Source: Candidatus Omnitrophota bacterium (GTDB taxonomy: Bacteria; Ratteibacteria; UBA8468; MWAK01). Taken from it: a stretch of 45,705 nucleotides of DNA. The DNA is taken from contig JAZDPL010000040.1 in assembly GCA_043797665.1 (NCBI GenBank), forward strand, positions 1 to 45,705, given 5' to 3'. The first letter of the stretch is position 1; every line of letters starts with the position of its first letter. The position numbers and the translations under genes are program-made. The notes under the pieces are model-generated. The model was not told the DNA's origin and did not search any database. It saw only the letters and a program-made list of their open reading frames with translations. This document shows positions 1 to 7,422 of the stretch, piece after piece.

Positions 1-67
1 CAATAATTTCTGATTAAGCCGAAAGGCTAATCCCTGTCTTATATTATATCGCATCCTCCCTCCAAAC

Positions 68-96
68 TTGACACAGGTTTTTATTTATGTTAAAAT
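68..96 (+). promoter_or_regulatory. Sigma70-type promoter for the IS genes
   Basis: TTGACA (68-73), 17 bp, TAAAAT (91-96), upstream of ATG 133. Confidence 0.7.
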
Positions 97-132
97 CCTA
101 ATAGTAAATAAAATAGTATACAAGCGGAATAT

Positions 133-549
133 ATGGAGTCCAGCAGAATCAGGCAACAATTAGGCTTTCTTAAAAAGGAGCGCAACTACTTAGAATATAA
201 ACTTACCCGTCCCTATCAAATGGTACCTTATTCTTTAGTAAGTTTGGCTAATATCTGCGGGAAACCCAACTGCCGTTGTAAGAAGGGCAAGCCTCACGGT
301 CCTTATTGGTACCTTTCCACTAAAGAGAAAGGAAAAACCAGAATGATATATCTACCCAAAAAAGAAGTGGCTTTTTTTATTCCTTTGGTCGAGCGCTACA
401 AAGAATATCAATCCTCTCTCACCAAACTAAGAAGATTAAACCAAGAGATTATTCAGTCTCTCACCCGGATTGAAAAAGCCTCTTTTACCAAACCCGAGCA
501 GAAAATAAGGAAAAAGAGAAAGACCGATGAAAAAAGAAAAAGAGGTTAA
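133..549 (+). CDS. DUF6788-like IS accessory protein
   Basis: CGKPNCRCKKGKPHGPYWYLS motif typical of this small basic family found upstream of transposases; overlaps the transposase start. Confidence 0.8.
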   Translation: MESSRIRQQLGFLKKERNYLEYKLTRPYQMVPYSLVSLANICGKPNCRCKKGKPHGPYWYLSTKEKGKTRMIYLPKKEVAFFIPLVERYKEYQSSLTKLRRLNQEIIQSLTRIEKASFTKPEQKIRKKRKTDEKRKRG

Positions 550-2023
550 GATAATAAAACTGGGTCTGTTTCCTTACGACAAGGAAAAGGTGTTGTGGAA
601 ACTGAAGCAAAAGGAATACGATGATGTCTTCTTGCGGGGCCGGGGCAGATTAGACGATTTTATCGGTTTTCTTTATCAAACTAAAACATTAAACCTTTTT
701 GAACAGATTAAAAGCCCAATGCAAAGAAGGCCAGAAATTCCCCGGAAATTCCTCCACTACTGCCTGTGCCTGAAGCCAGTGGTGGAATCTGCCAGCATCA
801 ATCAGTTACCAGGCCGACTCCTTGAAGATACCGATACTCTGCAGGAATTAGGATTTACCATTGCGGAGATTGAAGATGGTTTTTCGGTCAAAAACAAAGA
901 AGGCAAAAATGTGCCGGTCAATATTAACGCTTTTTACGACGAACTGGAAAGACTTCCGGAAAGTGAGACCAAAAGATTCTTTGAGGAAGGACTCTTACTT
1001 TTAAAAAGTGGAAAATTCCTTCCCAGGAAGAAAGGGGTCTATGCTTTGGATGCGGTTAAGCTTCTGATTACCGGAGACAAAAAGTACCAAAACTACGGTA
1101 AGATTACCTACCGGAAAGACGGTAAGGTAATCAAGGAAAAAGGCTATAAACTGGTTTTTGTCCAGAGGGTGGATGGTGAAGACTACTATGTCGTAGCCGC
1201 TATTGTTTTACCCCTAAACCAACACGAATCTACGGTAGGTGAATTTCTGGTAGAATCAACCTTGAAGACATTAGGAGAAGGTGCCATTGATATCCTTCTG
1301 TTTGACCGGGGGTTTTCCTCTGGTCCATTCTTTGATTTTCTAAAAGAAAAGGAGATTGATTTTGTCTGTCCCACCAAAGAAGATGAACACCTAACCAGGC
1401 ATATGCAGGGACTACACCGGGCCGGAGAAGAAACAATAGCAAAACTTTCTGATGGTACCATTCTGGCTGGTTATGACCACCTGATTAAGATGGAAACCTG
1501 CCAAAGAAAGATCAACGGCATCTTAATATTAAAGCAAGGCAAGAAAGGGAGAAAACAGGTGAAAGAAGGAGAAGAATTTGGTTTTCTTACCAGCCTTCCG
1601 GTAAGTTTCTCTTCTCAGGTTGAAGGAGGCTACTCTCTTTATAGCCGGCGTTGGAAGATAGAAACCAACGGCAACCGGGAATTAAAACAAGGCTGGTATC
1701 TGAACAAATTTCCTTGCCAGTCGTGGAATGGAATCTGCACGCATATCTACTTTACCCTCTTTATGTTTAATACGGTAACCGCCTTCCGGAGCAAAAAAGG
1801 CCGCTCTCTTACCGAAAAGGGTATCATCTCATTACGACATAAGTATTTTAAACCATTTCCCCGTGGGCATGACGTTACAGTGGTGACTGGTGGATGCTGC
1901 GCCACCTTTTCCTTAAAAGAGTTTTTAGAGACTCTCAACCTGCCTCCACCCGGAAAATACCATGGTATAGGTCCTATCTGGGTTCAATATCCAAACGGAA
2001 AAAAGGAACTGTGGGTACTGTAG
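527..2023 (+). CDS. DDE transposase (IS4-like)
   Basis: ALDAV...LLFDRGF...YSRRWKIE...ELK: DDE triad with a YREK-like motif, inside terminal inverted repeats. Confidence 0.85.
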   Translation: MKKEKEVKIIKLGLFPYDKEKVLWKLKQKEYDDVFLRGRGRLDDFIGFLYQTKTLNLFEQIKSPMQRRPEIPRKFLHYCLCLKPVVESASINQLPGRLLEDTDTLQELGFTIAEIEDGFSVKNKEGKNVPVNINAFYDELERLPESETKRFFEEGLLLLKSGKFLPRKKGVYALDAVKLLITGDKKYQNYGKITYRKDGKVIKEKGYKLVFVQRVDGEDYYVVAAIVLPLNQHESTVGEFLVESTLKTLGEGAIDILLFDRGFSSGPFFDFLKEKEIDFVCPTKEDEHLTRHMQGLHRAGEETIAKLSDGTILAGYDHLIKMETCQRKINGILILKQGKKGRKQVKEGEEFGFLTSLPVSFSSQVEGGYSLYSRRWKIETNGNRELKQGWYLNKFPCQSWNGICTHIYFTLFMFNTVTAFRSKKGRSLTEKGIISLRHKYFKPFPRGHDVTVVTGGCCATFSLKEFLETLNLPPPGKYHGIGPIWVQYPNGKKELWVL

Positions 2024-2092
2024 TCTACTCAAAGGTGGTCCACTTTTGCTTGAGCGATTACCGATGGGTTGGTGACTACCCTCAAATAGGGG

Positions 2093-2180
2093 GTGGGGAA
2101 AATTTACCGCCACTTTTTCTAACTCATTTAGAAAGTGGGGGATTTTCACCGCCACAAACTGGGGAAAAGTAAACCGCCAC
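2093..2180. repeat. Three imperfect 21-22-bp subterminal repeats in the IS right arm
   Basis: GTGGGGAAAATTTACCGCCAC (2093-2113), GTGGGGGATTTTCACCGCCAC (2135-2155), CTGGGGAAAAGTAAACCGCCAC (2159-2180). Confidence 0.7.
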
Positions 2181-2260
2181 TGACAAAAATACCCCTCCTG
2201 GTTACAGGAATGTTACTTTTGCCTTGCTTAATCAGAAATTATTGATAAATGTTACGCCAA

Positions 2261-2289
2261 TTGACATCCTTTGTTTTTTAGTTTATAAT
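2261..2289 (+). promoter_or_regulatory. Consensus sigma70 promoter
   Basis: TTGACA (2261-2266), 17 bp, TATAAT (2284-2289); AGGAGG ribosome-binding site before GTG 2328. Confidence 0.75.
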
Positions 2290-2327
2290 ATTTTGTGGTA
2301 TAATACAAAACACAAGGAGGGGGTATC

Positions 2328-2576
2328 GTGAAGACTAAATTAGAAATAAAGGAGAGATTAGATAAGGCGAAACAAGAAAATAATTTTTTTGAACATATCC
2401 TGCTCGGTTTTGCTTATGAATTTTACGACAAAGGTGTAGAGATAGGATTTCAAAATACCCTCAGCGAATACAGTGGTCTTCTTCAGATATTGAAGTCTAG
2501 AGAAATAAAAGACTTGGCGGGTATAGAAATTTGTGAAAAATTTATAGATATAGCGAAGTGGGTTTTAGAAAATTAG
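2328..2576 (+). CDS. Hypothetical protein (island cargo)
   Basis: 82-aa ORF with strong ribosome-binding site and promoter; AT-rich. Confidence 0.6.
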   Translation: MKTKLEIKERLDKAKQENNFFEHILLGFAYEFYDKGVEIGFQNTLSEYSGLLQILKSREIKDLAGIEICEKFIDIAKWVLEN

Positions 2577-2586
2577 GGGAATTTCG

Positions 2587-3063
2587 ATGGGGGAAATTAA
2601 ACCACTATCTGAATTTATAAAACCTGACAAGATCCTTGCTTCACTGGCAACAATTGAACCGCTTTCAGATAAAGGAAGGCGGATAACTATTGAAGATTTA
2701 CAAAAATATGTCAGCGAAGCAGAATTGAAAAAAGAAGTACCAGAAAAAATAGATGGAATTTTTGAAGCAGCAAAGATGGCTTTCGTTTATAGTTATTTCT
2801 ACTATCCTTTCTTCACAATAGCAGCTCATTATTCTTTACTGGCTGTCGAAGGTGCCCTGAAATTGAAACATAGAACTGAATTTCCCAAGGAACCTATAGA
2901 AAATTCAATATTGCATAAAATTATAGGAAATTTAGTTAAAGAAAAAATTATCAAAGAAAAAGATAAGGAGAAATATGATGTAAGCAGAAAATTAAGAAAC
3001 ATGTTTTCTCACACTGCAAAATTACAATTACTACCTCCTGGGCATTACGTTAGCAATCATTAA
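2587..3063 (+). CDS. Putative HEPN-like protein
   Basis: Helical pattern LLAVEGALK and a C-terminal RxxxxH motif (LRNMFSH). Confidence 0.55.
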   Translation: MGEIKPLSEFIKPDKILASLATIEPLSDKGRRITIEDLQKYVSEAELKKEVPEKIDGIFEAAKMAFVYSYFYYPFFTIAAHYSLLAVEGALKLKHRTEFPKEPIENSILHKIIGNLVKEKIIKEKDKEKYDVSRKLRNMFSHTAKLQLLPPGHYVSNH

Positions 3064-3111
3064 AGAATCTTGTCAACAGATAAACTCCCTCTATTGCAAA
3101 AAGGAATTCCA

Positions 3112-5088
3112 ATGACCGCAGCCCTCTATATCAGGGTTTCAACCCTCAACCAAATCGAGCGCGAAAGCCTCAAAAACCAGGAAGAAAGACTTGTTGCTTA
3201 TTGTAAGGCAAGCAATATAGCAGAACACAAGGTTTACAAAGATGCTGGTGTCTCAGCAAAAGATATTAAAAGACCTGCCCTCGAAGAACTGATGCAAGAC
3301 ATCAAGCAGAAAAAAATCAGTCTGGTGATAGTGACAAAGTTAGACAGAATTACCCGTTCCCTCAAGGATTTGATCGAACTGATGGAGTTTTTCGAGGAAA
3401 ACAAAATCAAATTCATAAGCATAACCCAGAGCATAGACACAACAGGACCAATGGGCAGATTCATGCTCAATCTGCTCGGCTCTGTTGCCCAGGTGGAAAG
3501 AGAAATGACAGCAGAAAGAGTAGGCGAGGACATGCTCCACAGAGCCTTGGCAGGAAAATGGAACGGAGGCCCTGTTCCTTATGGCTACACGATAAAAAGA
3601 AGGATAATCCGGGAATTAAAAGAAAAAGGCCTGCCGGAACACGAAGCAATAGAGCAGGCAAATAAAACAGCACTTGAAGCAAGAAGGCTTTATATTGATG
3701 AAAAAGAAGCAGAAACAGTCAAACAAATTTTTGATTTCTATTTGCAGGAAAGAAGTTTAAGAGGAGTAACCAACAGACTAAACACCGAAGGCATAAAAAC
3801 AAGAGAGAATTTCCCCTGGGCAACTTCTTCAATTTTAAGAGTATTGTCAAACCCAACTTATACAGGCAAAATCTGGTATGGCAAAAGAAAAACCAATCTT
3901 TCTGGCAAATTGGAACCGGTTTCAAAGCAGGAATGGAAAATAGTTCAGGGCGAGCATGAAAGAATAATCCCTGACGATACCTTTTACAGGGTTCAAGAGC
4001 TAATTAAGGAGAGAAGTTTCAAAAATACAAGAGCAAAAGAAACCTATCTCCTGTCTGGATTAGTAAAATGCGGCAAGTGTCAAGGTCCGATGTATGGCTA
4101 TACCTATAGAAGAAAATACAAAAGCAAAACAACCGGCGAGGAAAAAACTGAGAATTATTTCTGGTATAAATGCCACAACTATGCCTCAAAGGGCAGTTCT
4201 GTATGTACAGGCTTAACTCTGCCAGGAAAAGAACTTGAGGGTTTTGTTATTAAAAATATGAGTGAGCTTTCAAAAAACAAAAACTTTCTCAATGACAAGA
4301 AAGAGTTGCTTGATACTCTGAATAAAAAGGGCAAACCTGAAGATTCAACAGAACAGGAACTTAAAAATCTCGTTTCTGAGGAGAAAAACCTCCTTGAACG
4401 CCAAAAAGTGCTTCTGGACAAGTTGGAATGCCAGGTAATAGACGATCTCGTGTTTAAGAAGGAATTTGAGCGTTTAAAAGGGCTTTTGGACCAGAATTAT
4501 ACTATCCAGGATAAGTTAAAAGCACGCTCTAAAAACTTTGAATTTAACAAGATAGCACTTAATAACGCTTTTGAGCAGCTTGCAAACTTCAACAAGAACT
4601 TGGAGTTCCTTGACATAGAGGGCAAAAAAGCGCGGCTCGGGGCAATTATAAGCAAGGTTATTGCAGGTGAAGGTAAAGTAGTTGATGTGGAAATGTTTTT
4701 TGATGTACCTGAGGTTGTGGAGATGCTGGCAAGGGTGCCAAGTACTGGTTTGGGTGGGTTCAGACTTGTTGAGGATGTGTCCCGCACGGTTGCCCCTGCG
4801 GGAACCTGGGCCACCCCAAAAAGGCCTGCCGGTGCGGAGCGGCTCAGATTGCCAAGTACCGCAGTAAACTCTCCGGTCCCCTTCTTGACCGGATTGACCT
4901 GCACCTTGAAGTCCCGCCGGTACCCTTCAGCCACCTTTCCGACAACCGTCCGCCCGGAGAGACCTCCGCGGCCATCCGCGCCCGCATCTGCCACGCAAGA
5001 AAAGTTCAGTCCGCCCGCTATTCTTCTTCCCCCTCTGATTCTACCTCCCCCTTTGCAAAAGGCGGGTTCCCTATCCCCTGCGGGATAG
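3112..5088 (+). CDS. Large serine recombinase (integrase); C-terminal ~99 aa read through the att junction
   Basis: YIRVST catalytic serine, KLDRITRS, recombinase domain, CGKC...YKC...C zinc ribbon, coiled coil. ATG 3112 after AAGGA is preferred over TTG 3070. Confidence 0.93.
   Translation: MTAALYIRVSTLNQIERESLKNQEERLVAYCKASNIAEHKVYKDAGVSAKDIKRPALEELMQDIKQKKISLVIVTKLDRITRSLKDLIELMEFFEENKIKFISITQSIDTTGPMGRFMLNLLGSVAQVEREMTAERVGEDMLHRALAGKWNGGPVPYGYTIKRRIIRELKEKGLPEHEAIEQANKTALEARRLYIDEKEAETVKQIFDFYLQERSLRGVTNRLNTEGIKTRENFPWATSSILRVLSNPTYTGKIWYGKRKTNLSGKLEPVSKQEWKIVQGEHERIIPDDTFYRVQELIKERSFKNTRAKETYLLSGLVKCGKCQGPMYGYTYRRKYKSKTTGEEKTENYFWYKCHNYASKGSSVCTGLTLPGKELEGFVIKNMSELSKNKNFLNDKKELLDTLNKKGKPEDSTEQELKNLVSEEKNLLERQKVLLDKLECQVIDDLVFKKEFERLKGLLDQNYTIQDKLKARSKNFEFNKIALNNAFEQLANFNKNLEFLDIEGKKARLGAIISKVIAGEGKVVDVEMFFDVPEVVEMLARVPSTGLGGFRLVEDVSRTVAPAGTWATPKRPAGAERLRLPSTAVNSPVPFLTGLTCTLKSRRYPSATFPTTVRPERPPRPSAPASATQEKFSPPAILLPPLILPPPLQKAGSLSPAG
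4780..4803. other. Putative att junction (island/comM boundary)
   Basis: Dyad TCCCGCA-cggttgcccc-TGCGGGA centred on TG 4791-4792, exactly where comM homology (TGC CCC TGC GGG = CPCG) begins. Confidence 0.7.
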
Positions 5089-5342
5089 GGGGATGGAGGG
5101 GGATTTCCACCAACGCCCTCCTGCCCTCCCGCCACATCAAGGAATGCTGTGTTCTCACCCCGGAAGCCGCAGACCTCTTGAAGCAGGCGATGGAGAGGTT
5201 TGAATTGAGCGCCCGCTCCTACGACAAACTGCGCAAAGTCTCCCGCACCATCGCAGATTTGGACGGCTCCAGTCAGATAGAAGTCCAGCACATCTCCGAA
5301 GCCCTCCAGTACCGCGCCCTAGACCGCAAGGTCTGGCTGTAA
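4791..5342 (+). pseudogene. comM: 3' half of comM/yifB Mg-chelatase-like AAA ATPase, split by the island
   Basis: Frame absent from the ORF track translates CPCGNLGHPKKACRC...YRSKLSGPLLDRIDLHLEVP...LSARSYDKLRKVSRTIADL...HISEALQYR-stop. In-frame TGA at 4770 and no start codon before the junction. Confidence 0.92.
5028..5106. repeat. REP-like palindrome (CCCCCTTT...AAAGGGGG type) in frame inside comM, with a nested 27-bp hairpin
   Basis: TCCCCCTTTGCAAAA[GGCGGGTTCCCTATCCCCTGCGGGATA]GGGGGATGGAGGGGGATTT; comM frame stays open. Confidence 0.7.
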
Positions 5343-5371
5343 CTCTTTTTACTGCTGTTCCACTTCAATTA

Positions 5372-5380
5372 TGGTATAAT
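5372..5380 (+). promoter_or_regulatory. Extended -10 promoter of cassette 1
   Basis: TGGTATAAT (TGnTATAAT) 16 nt before ATG 5397. Confidence 0.5.
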
Positions 5381-5396
5381 ATTTAAATGGTGAAAC

Positions 5397-5615
5397 ATGA
5401 AACCCATAGACTATACCCCGATTGAACGTAATAAAAAGTATAAAGGCAAGTTTCTTGCGACGGTACGTCAGCGTGGTAAAATCAAGGTCCTTGCTGTTGG
5501 CAACAATCCAGAACAAGTCCTGAATGAAGCCTGGGCGAAAGGATACAAAAAACCCCACCTTACCCGGGTACCGTCAAGAAAATCTACTGCGGTTGTTTTT
5601 TACCATGTCCCTTAA
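5397..5615 (+). CDS. Small DUF5678-like protein (partner of aspartyl protease)
   Basis: KYKGKFLA...VLAVG...A...G pattern; overlaps the downstream protease gene. Confidence 0.55.
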   Translation: MKPIDYTPIERNKKYKGKFLATVRQRGKIKVLAVGNNPEQVLNEAWAKGYKKPHLTRVPSRKSTAVVFYHVP

Positions 5616-6000
5616 ATTCCCTTATGTTCTCCATGAAGGTTTCTATCGTCCGATTATTAACATTGATTTTCTAAAACCTGAAGGTGGACTATTTGAATTT
5701 GATGGTTTGATAGACTCAGGCGCACCTTGGTGTCTCTTCCCTGGATTTATTGCCACTCTTTTAGGTCACAAAATCCTGAAAGGAAAACTCCGCCATATGA
5801 AGATAGGAGGACATACGATTACCGCCTACATGCACAAAACCAGTACTTCTGTGATTACCAAAGACTTTGTCTGGGACATTTACTTTTCTCACGATATTGA
5901 TGACTGGGATTTTGGCATTTTAGGTCAGGACCTTTTCTTTTCAAATTTTGAAGTTACCTTCAATTACCCCAGGAAGGAAATTCTATTAAAACCTTTTTAA
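5605..6000 (+). CDS. Retropepsin-like aspartyl protease
   Basis: LIDSGA catalytic motif and GILGQD motif; ATG 5605 overlaps the upstream gene end. Confidence 0.8.
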   Translation: MSLKFPYVLHEGFYRPIINIDFLKPEGGLFEFDGLIDSGAPWCLFPGFIATLLGHKILKGKLRHMKIGGHTITAYMHKTSTSVITKDFVWDIYFSHDIDDWDFGILGQDLFFSNFEVTFNYPRKEILLKPF

Positions 6001-6099
6001 ATCCTCACTCCGGACGCTGCAGACCTGCTGAAACAGGCGATGGAGAGGTTTGAACTCAGCGCCCGTTCCTACGATAAACTCCGCAAAGTCTGGCTGTAA
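6001..6099 (+). repeat. Diverged copy 2 of the comM 3' end, with a 93-bp internal deletion
   Basis: Aligns to 5151-5240 then 5334-5342; translates ILTPDAADLLKQAMERFELSARSYDKLRKVWL-stop. Confidence 0.93.
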
Positions 6100-6112
6100 A
6101 ATCTCTTACCTT

Positions 6113-6142
6113 TTGACGAAGCAATTACAGATAATTTATAAT
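6113..6142 (+). promoter_or_regulatory. Promoter of cassette 2
   Basis: TTGACG (6113-6118), 18 bp, TATAAT (6137-6142); ATG follows only 10 nt later, so a near-leaderless mRNA is likely. Confidence 0.6.
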
Positions 6143-6152
6143 ATCATCCGAA

Positions 6153-6560
6153 ATGGTGAATAATAAGTCTAAACAAAAAGCTATCAATTTCTGGCTGGCA
6201 TGCACCCAAGATAATTTAGAAGCCGCCAAAGCGATGTTTGTATCGGGAAAGTGGAGCCTATGTATGTTTATGTGTCAGCAAACGGTAGAGGCTTTATTGA
6301 AAGCAGTATTTATCGTTAACAAAGGGAGTCGTCCAGAATATATCCATAAACTTCCAAATCTACTTCAGTTGACGGGCATAACCGTACCAAAATCCATTGA
6401 TACGAAAATACTCAGGATTGATGCGCATTATATCAAGGCACGGTACAAAGAGGACCGGTTTGACCCGCGTATTTATAACAAAAAGAACGCAAAAAATTTG
6501 CTTAAGGACACTGAGGATGTATTACAATGGTTTATTCGCAATCTGAAATTAAAAATATAA
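6153..6560 (+). CDS. HEPN domain protein (HEPN-MNT pair)
   Basis: W...DNLEAA...FMCQQTVEALLKA...YIHKL...YIKARY pattern; coupled to a nucleotidyltransferase. Confidence 0.88.
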   Translation: MVNNKSKQKAINFWLACTQDNLEAAKAMFVSGKWSLCMFMCQQTVEALLKAVFIVNKGSRPEYIHKLPNLLQLTGITVPKSIDTKILRIDAHYIKARYKEDRFDPRIYNKKNAKNLLKDTEDVLQWFIRNLKLKI

Positions 6561-6874
6561 CCAGACAGTTGGTAAAACTGCTCCGTAAAAAGATACCGGT
6601 TGAAACGGTAATCCTTTTTGGTTCCTATGCCTATGGTAAACCATGTAAGCATAGCGACATAGACTTGGCTGTAATTTCCCAAAAATTTAATCGGATGAAT
6701 GACATTAAAAGAATTATGTTACTTTCTGATTTAACCAGGAGAGTCAAAACTCGTTATCCTGTTGATATTGACCCGCTTGGATTTACCGCCGAGGAATTAG
6801 AAAAGGGGGATTATTTTAATATTACAACCATCATCCGCGAAGACGGGAAAATAATTTACGAATCTGTCCATTAA
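6527..6874 (+). CDS. Minimal nucleotidyltransferase (MNT) antitoxin-like protein
   Basis: ILFGSYAYG...SDIDLAVIS motif. Confidence 0.9.
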   Translation: MVYSQSEIKNITRQLVKLLRKKIPVETVILFGSYAYGKPCKHSDIDLAVISQKFNRMNDIKRIMLLSDLTRRVKTRYPVDIDPLGFTAEELEKGDYFNITTIIREDGKIIYESVH

Positions 6875-6884
6875 GCCCGGTTGT

Positions 6885-7028
6885 TTTAAATTATCTATCC
6901 GCTCCTATGATAAACTCCGCAAAGTCTCCCGCACCATCGCCGATTTGGACAACTCCGACCGGATAGAAGTCCAGCACATTTCCGAAGCCCTCCAGTACCG
7001 CGCCCTAGACCGCAAGGTCTGGCTGTAG
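6885..7028 (+). repeat. Diverged copy 3 of the comM 3' end
   Basis: Clear alignment from 6900 to comM 5214-5342: RSYDKLRKVSRTIADLDNSDRIEVQHISEALQYRALDRKVWL-TAG; left boundary approximate. Confidence 0.93.
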
Positions 7029-7037
7029 TTTTGCTGA

Positions 7038-7145
7038 TTGAAATTTGATGCAGAAAAGACGGTTTCTTATTGGGCCGCAGGTGCTGAATACGATCTTGAT
7101 ACTGCCAAAAAACTTTTTAAAGCAAAAAGGTATATCAATGGTTAA
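7038..7145 (+). pseudogene. N-terminal fragment of a second HEPN gene
   Basis: MKFDAEKTVSYWAAGAEYDLDTAKKLFKAKRY followed by an early stop; not in the ORF track. Confidence 0.7.
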
Positions 7146-7350
7146 AAAAGAAATTATAAGGAATTTACAAAAACTTCACAAAGCAGTGGAGGAGACCGGA
7201 ATACGAATAACAAAAATTGTTCTGTATGGTTCATACGCGAACGGCACGTTTAACCGGGACAGCGATATAGATGTTGCTATAGTGTCGCCAGTATATATAG
7301 GTCACTCCGCACCATCCATAGATATTCAAACCCGCCTTTATACTCTATAA
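7138..7350 (+). pseudogene. 3'-truncated MNT nucleotidyltransferase
   Basis: MVKKE...VLYGSYANGTFNRDSDIDVAIVSP, after which similarity is lost. Confidence 0.75.
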
Positions 7351-7422
7351 AATCTATCCATAGGTCAGGTTATCGGTAATTCTTATAGTCTATTAAAAAT
7401 GACCGGGCTATAAGCGATAATA

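Larger units (their letters stand above)
1..2244 (+). mobile_element. Complete insertion sequence, IS4-like DDE family, two ORFs
   Basis: Perfect 19-bp terminal inverted repeats CAATAATTTCTGATTAAGC (1-19) and GCTTAATCAGAAATTATTG (2226-2244) enclose a helper gene and a transposase. The target duplication cannot be checked because the window starts at the left end. Confidence 0.9.

Noticed and set aside
2093..2180. Mini CRISPR array
   Set aside because: Only three degenerate units with 21-bp and 3-bp gaps, located inside an IS, and no cas genes
4791..5088. Pro-rich integrase C-terminal 'domain'
   Set aside because: It is out-of-frame comM sequence read through the att junction, not an evolved domain
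4497..5291. 264-aa minus-strand ORF
   Set aside because: Antisense shadow of the integrase end and the comM 3' half; the + strand frames carry the recognisable motifs
5343..7350. Classical integron cassette array
   Set aside because: No tyrosine integron integrase and no recognisable attC (RYYYAAC...GTTRRRY) structures; the separators are comM tails
7045..7350. 101-aa ORF as one intact gene
   Set aside because: Its first 31 codons are an alternative frame of the HEPN fragment; the MNT starts at 7138 and is truncated
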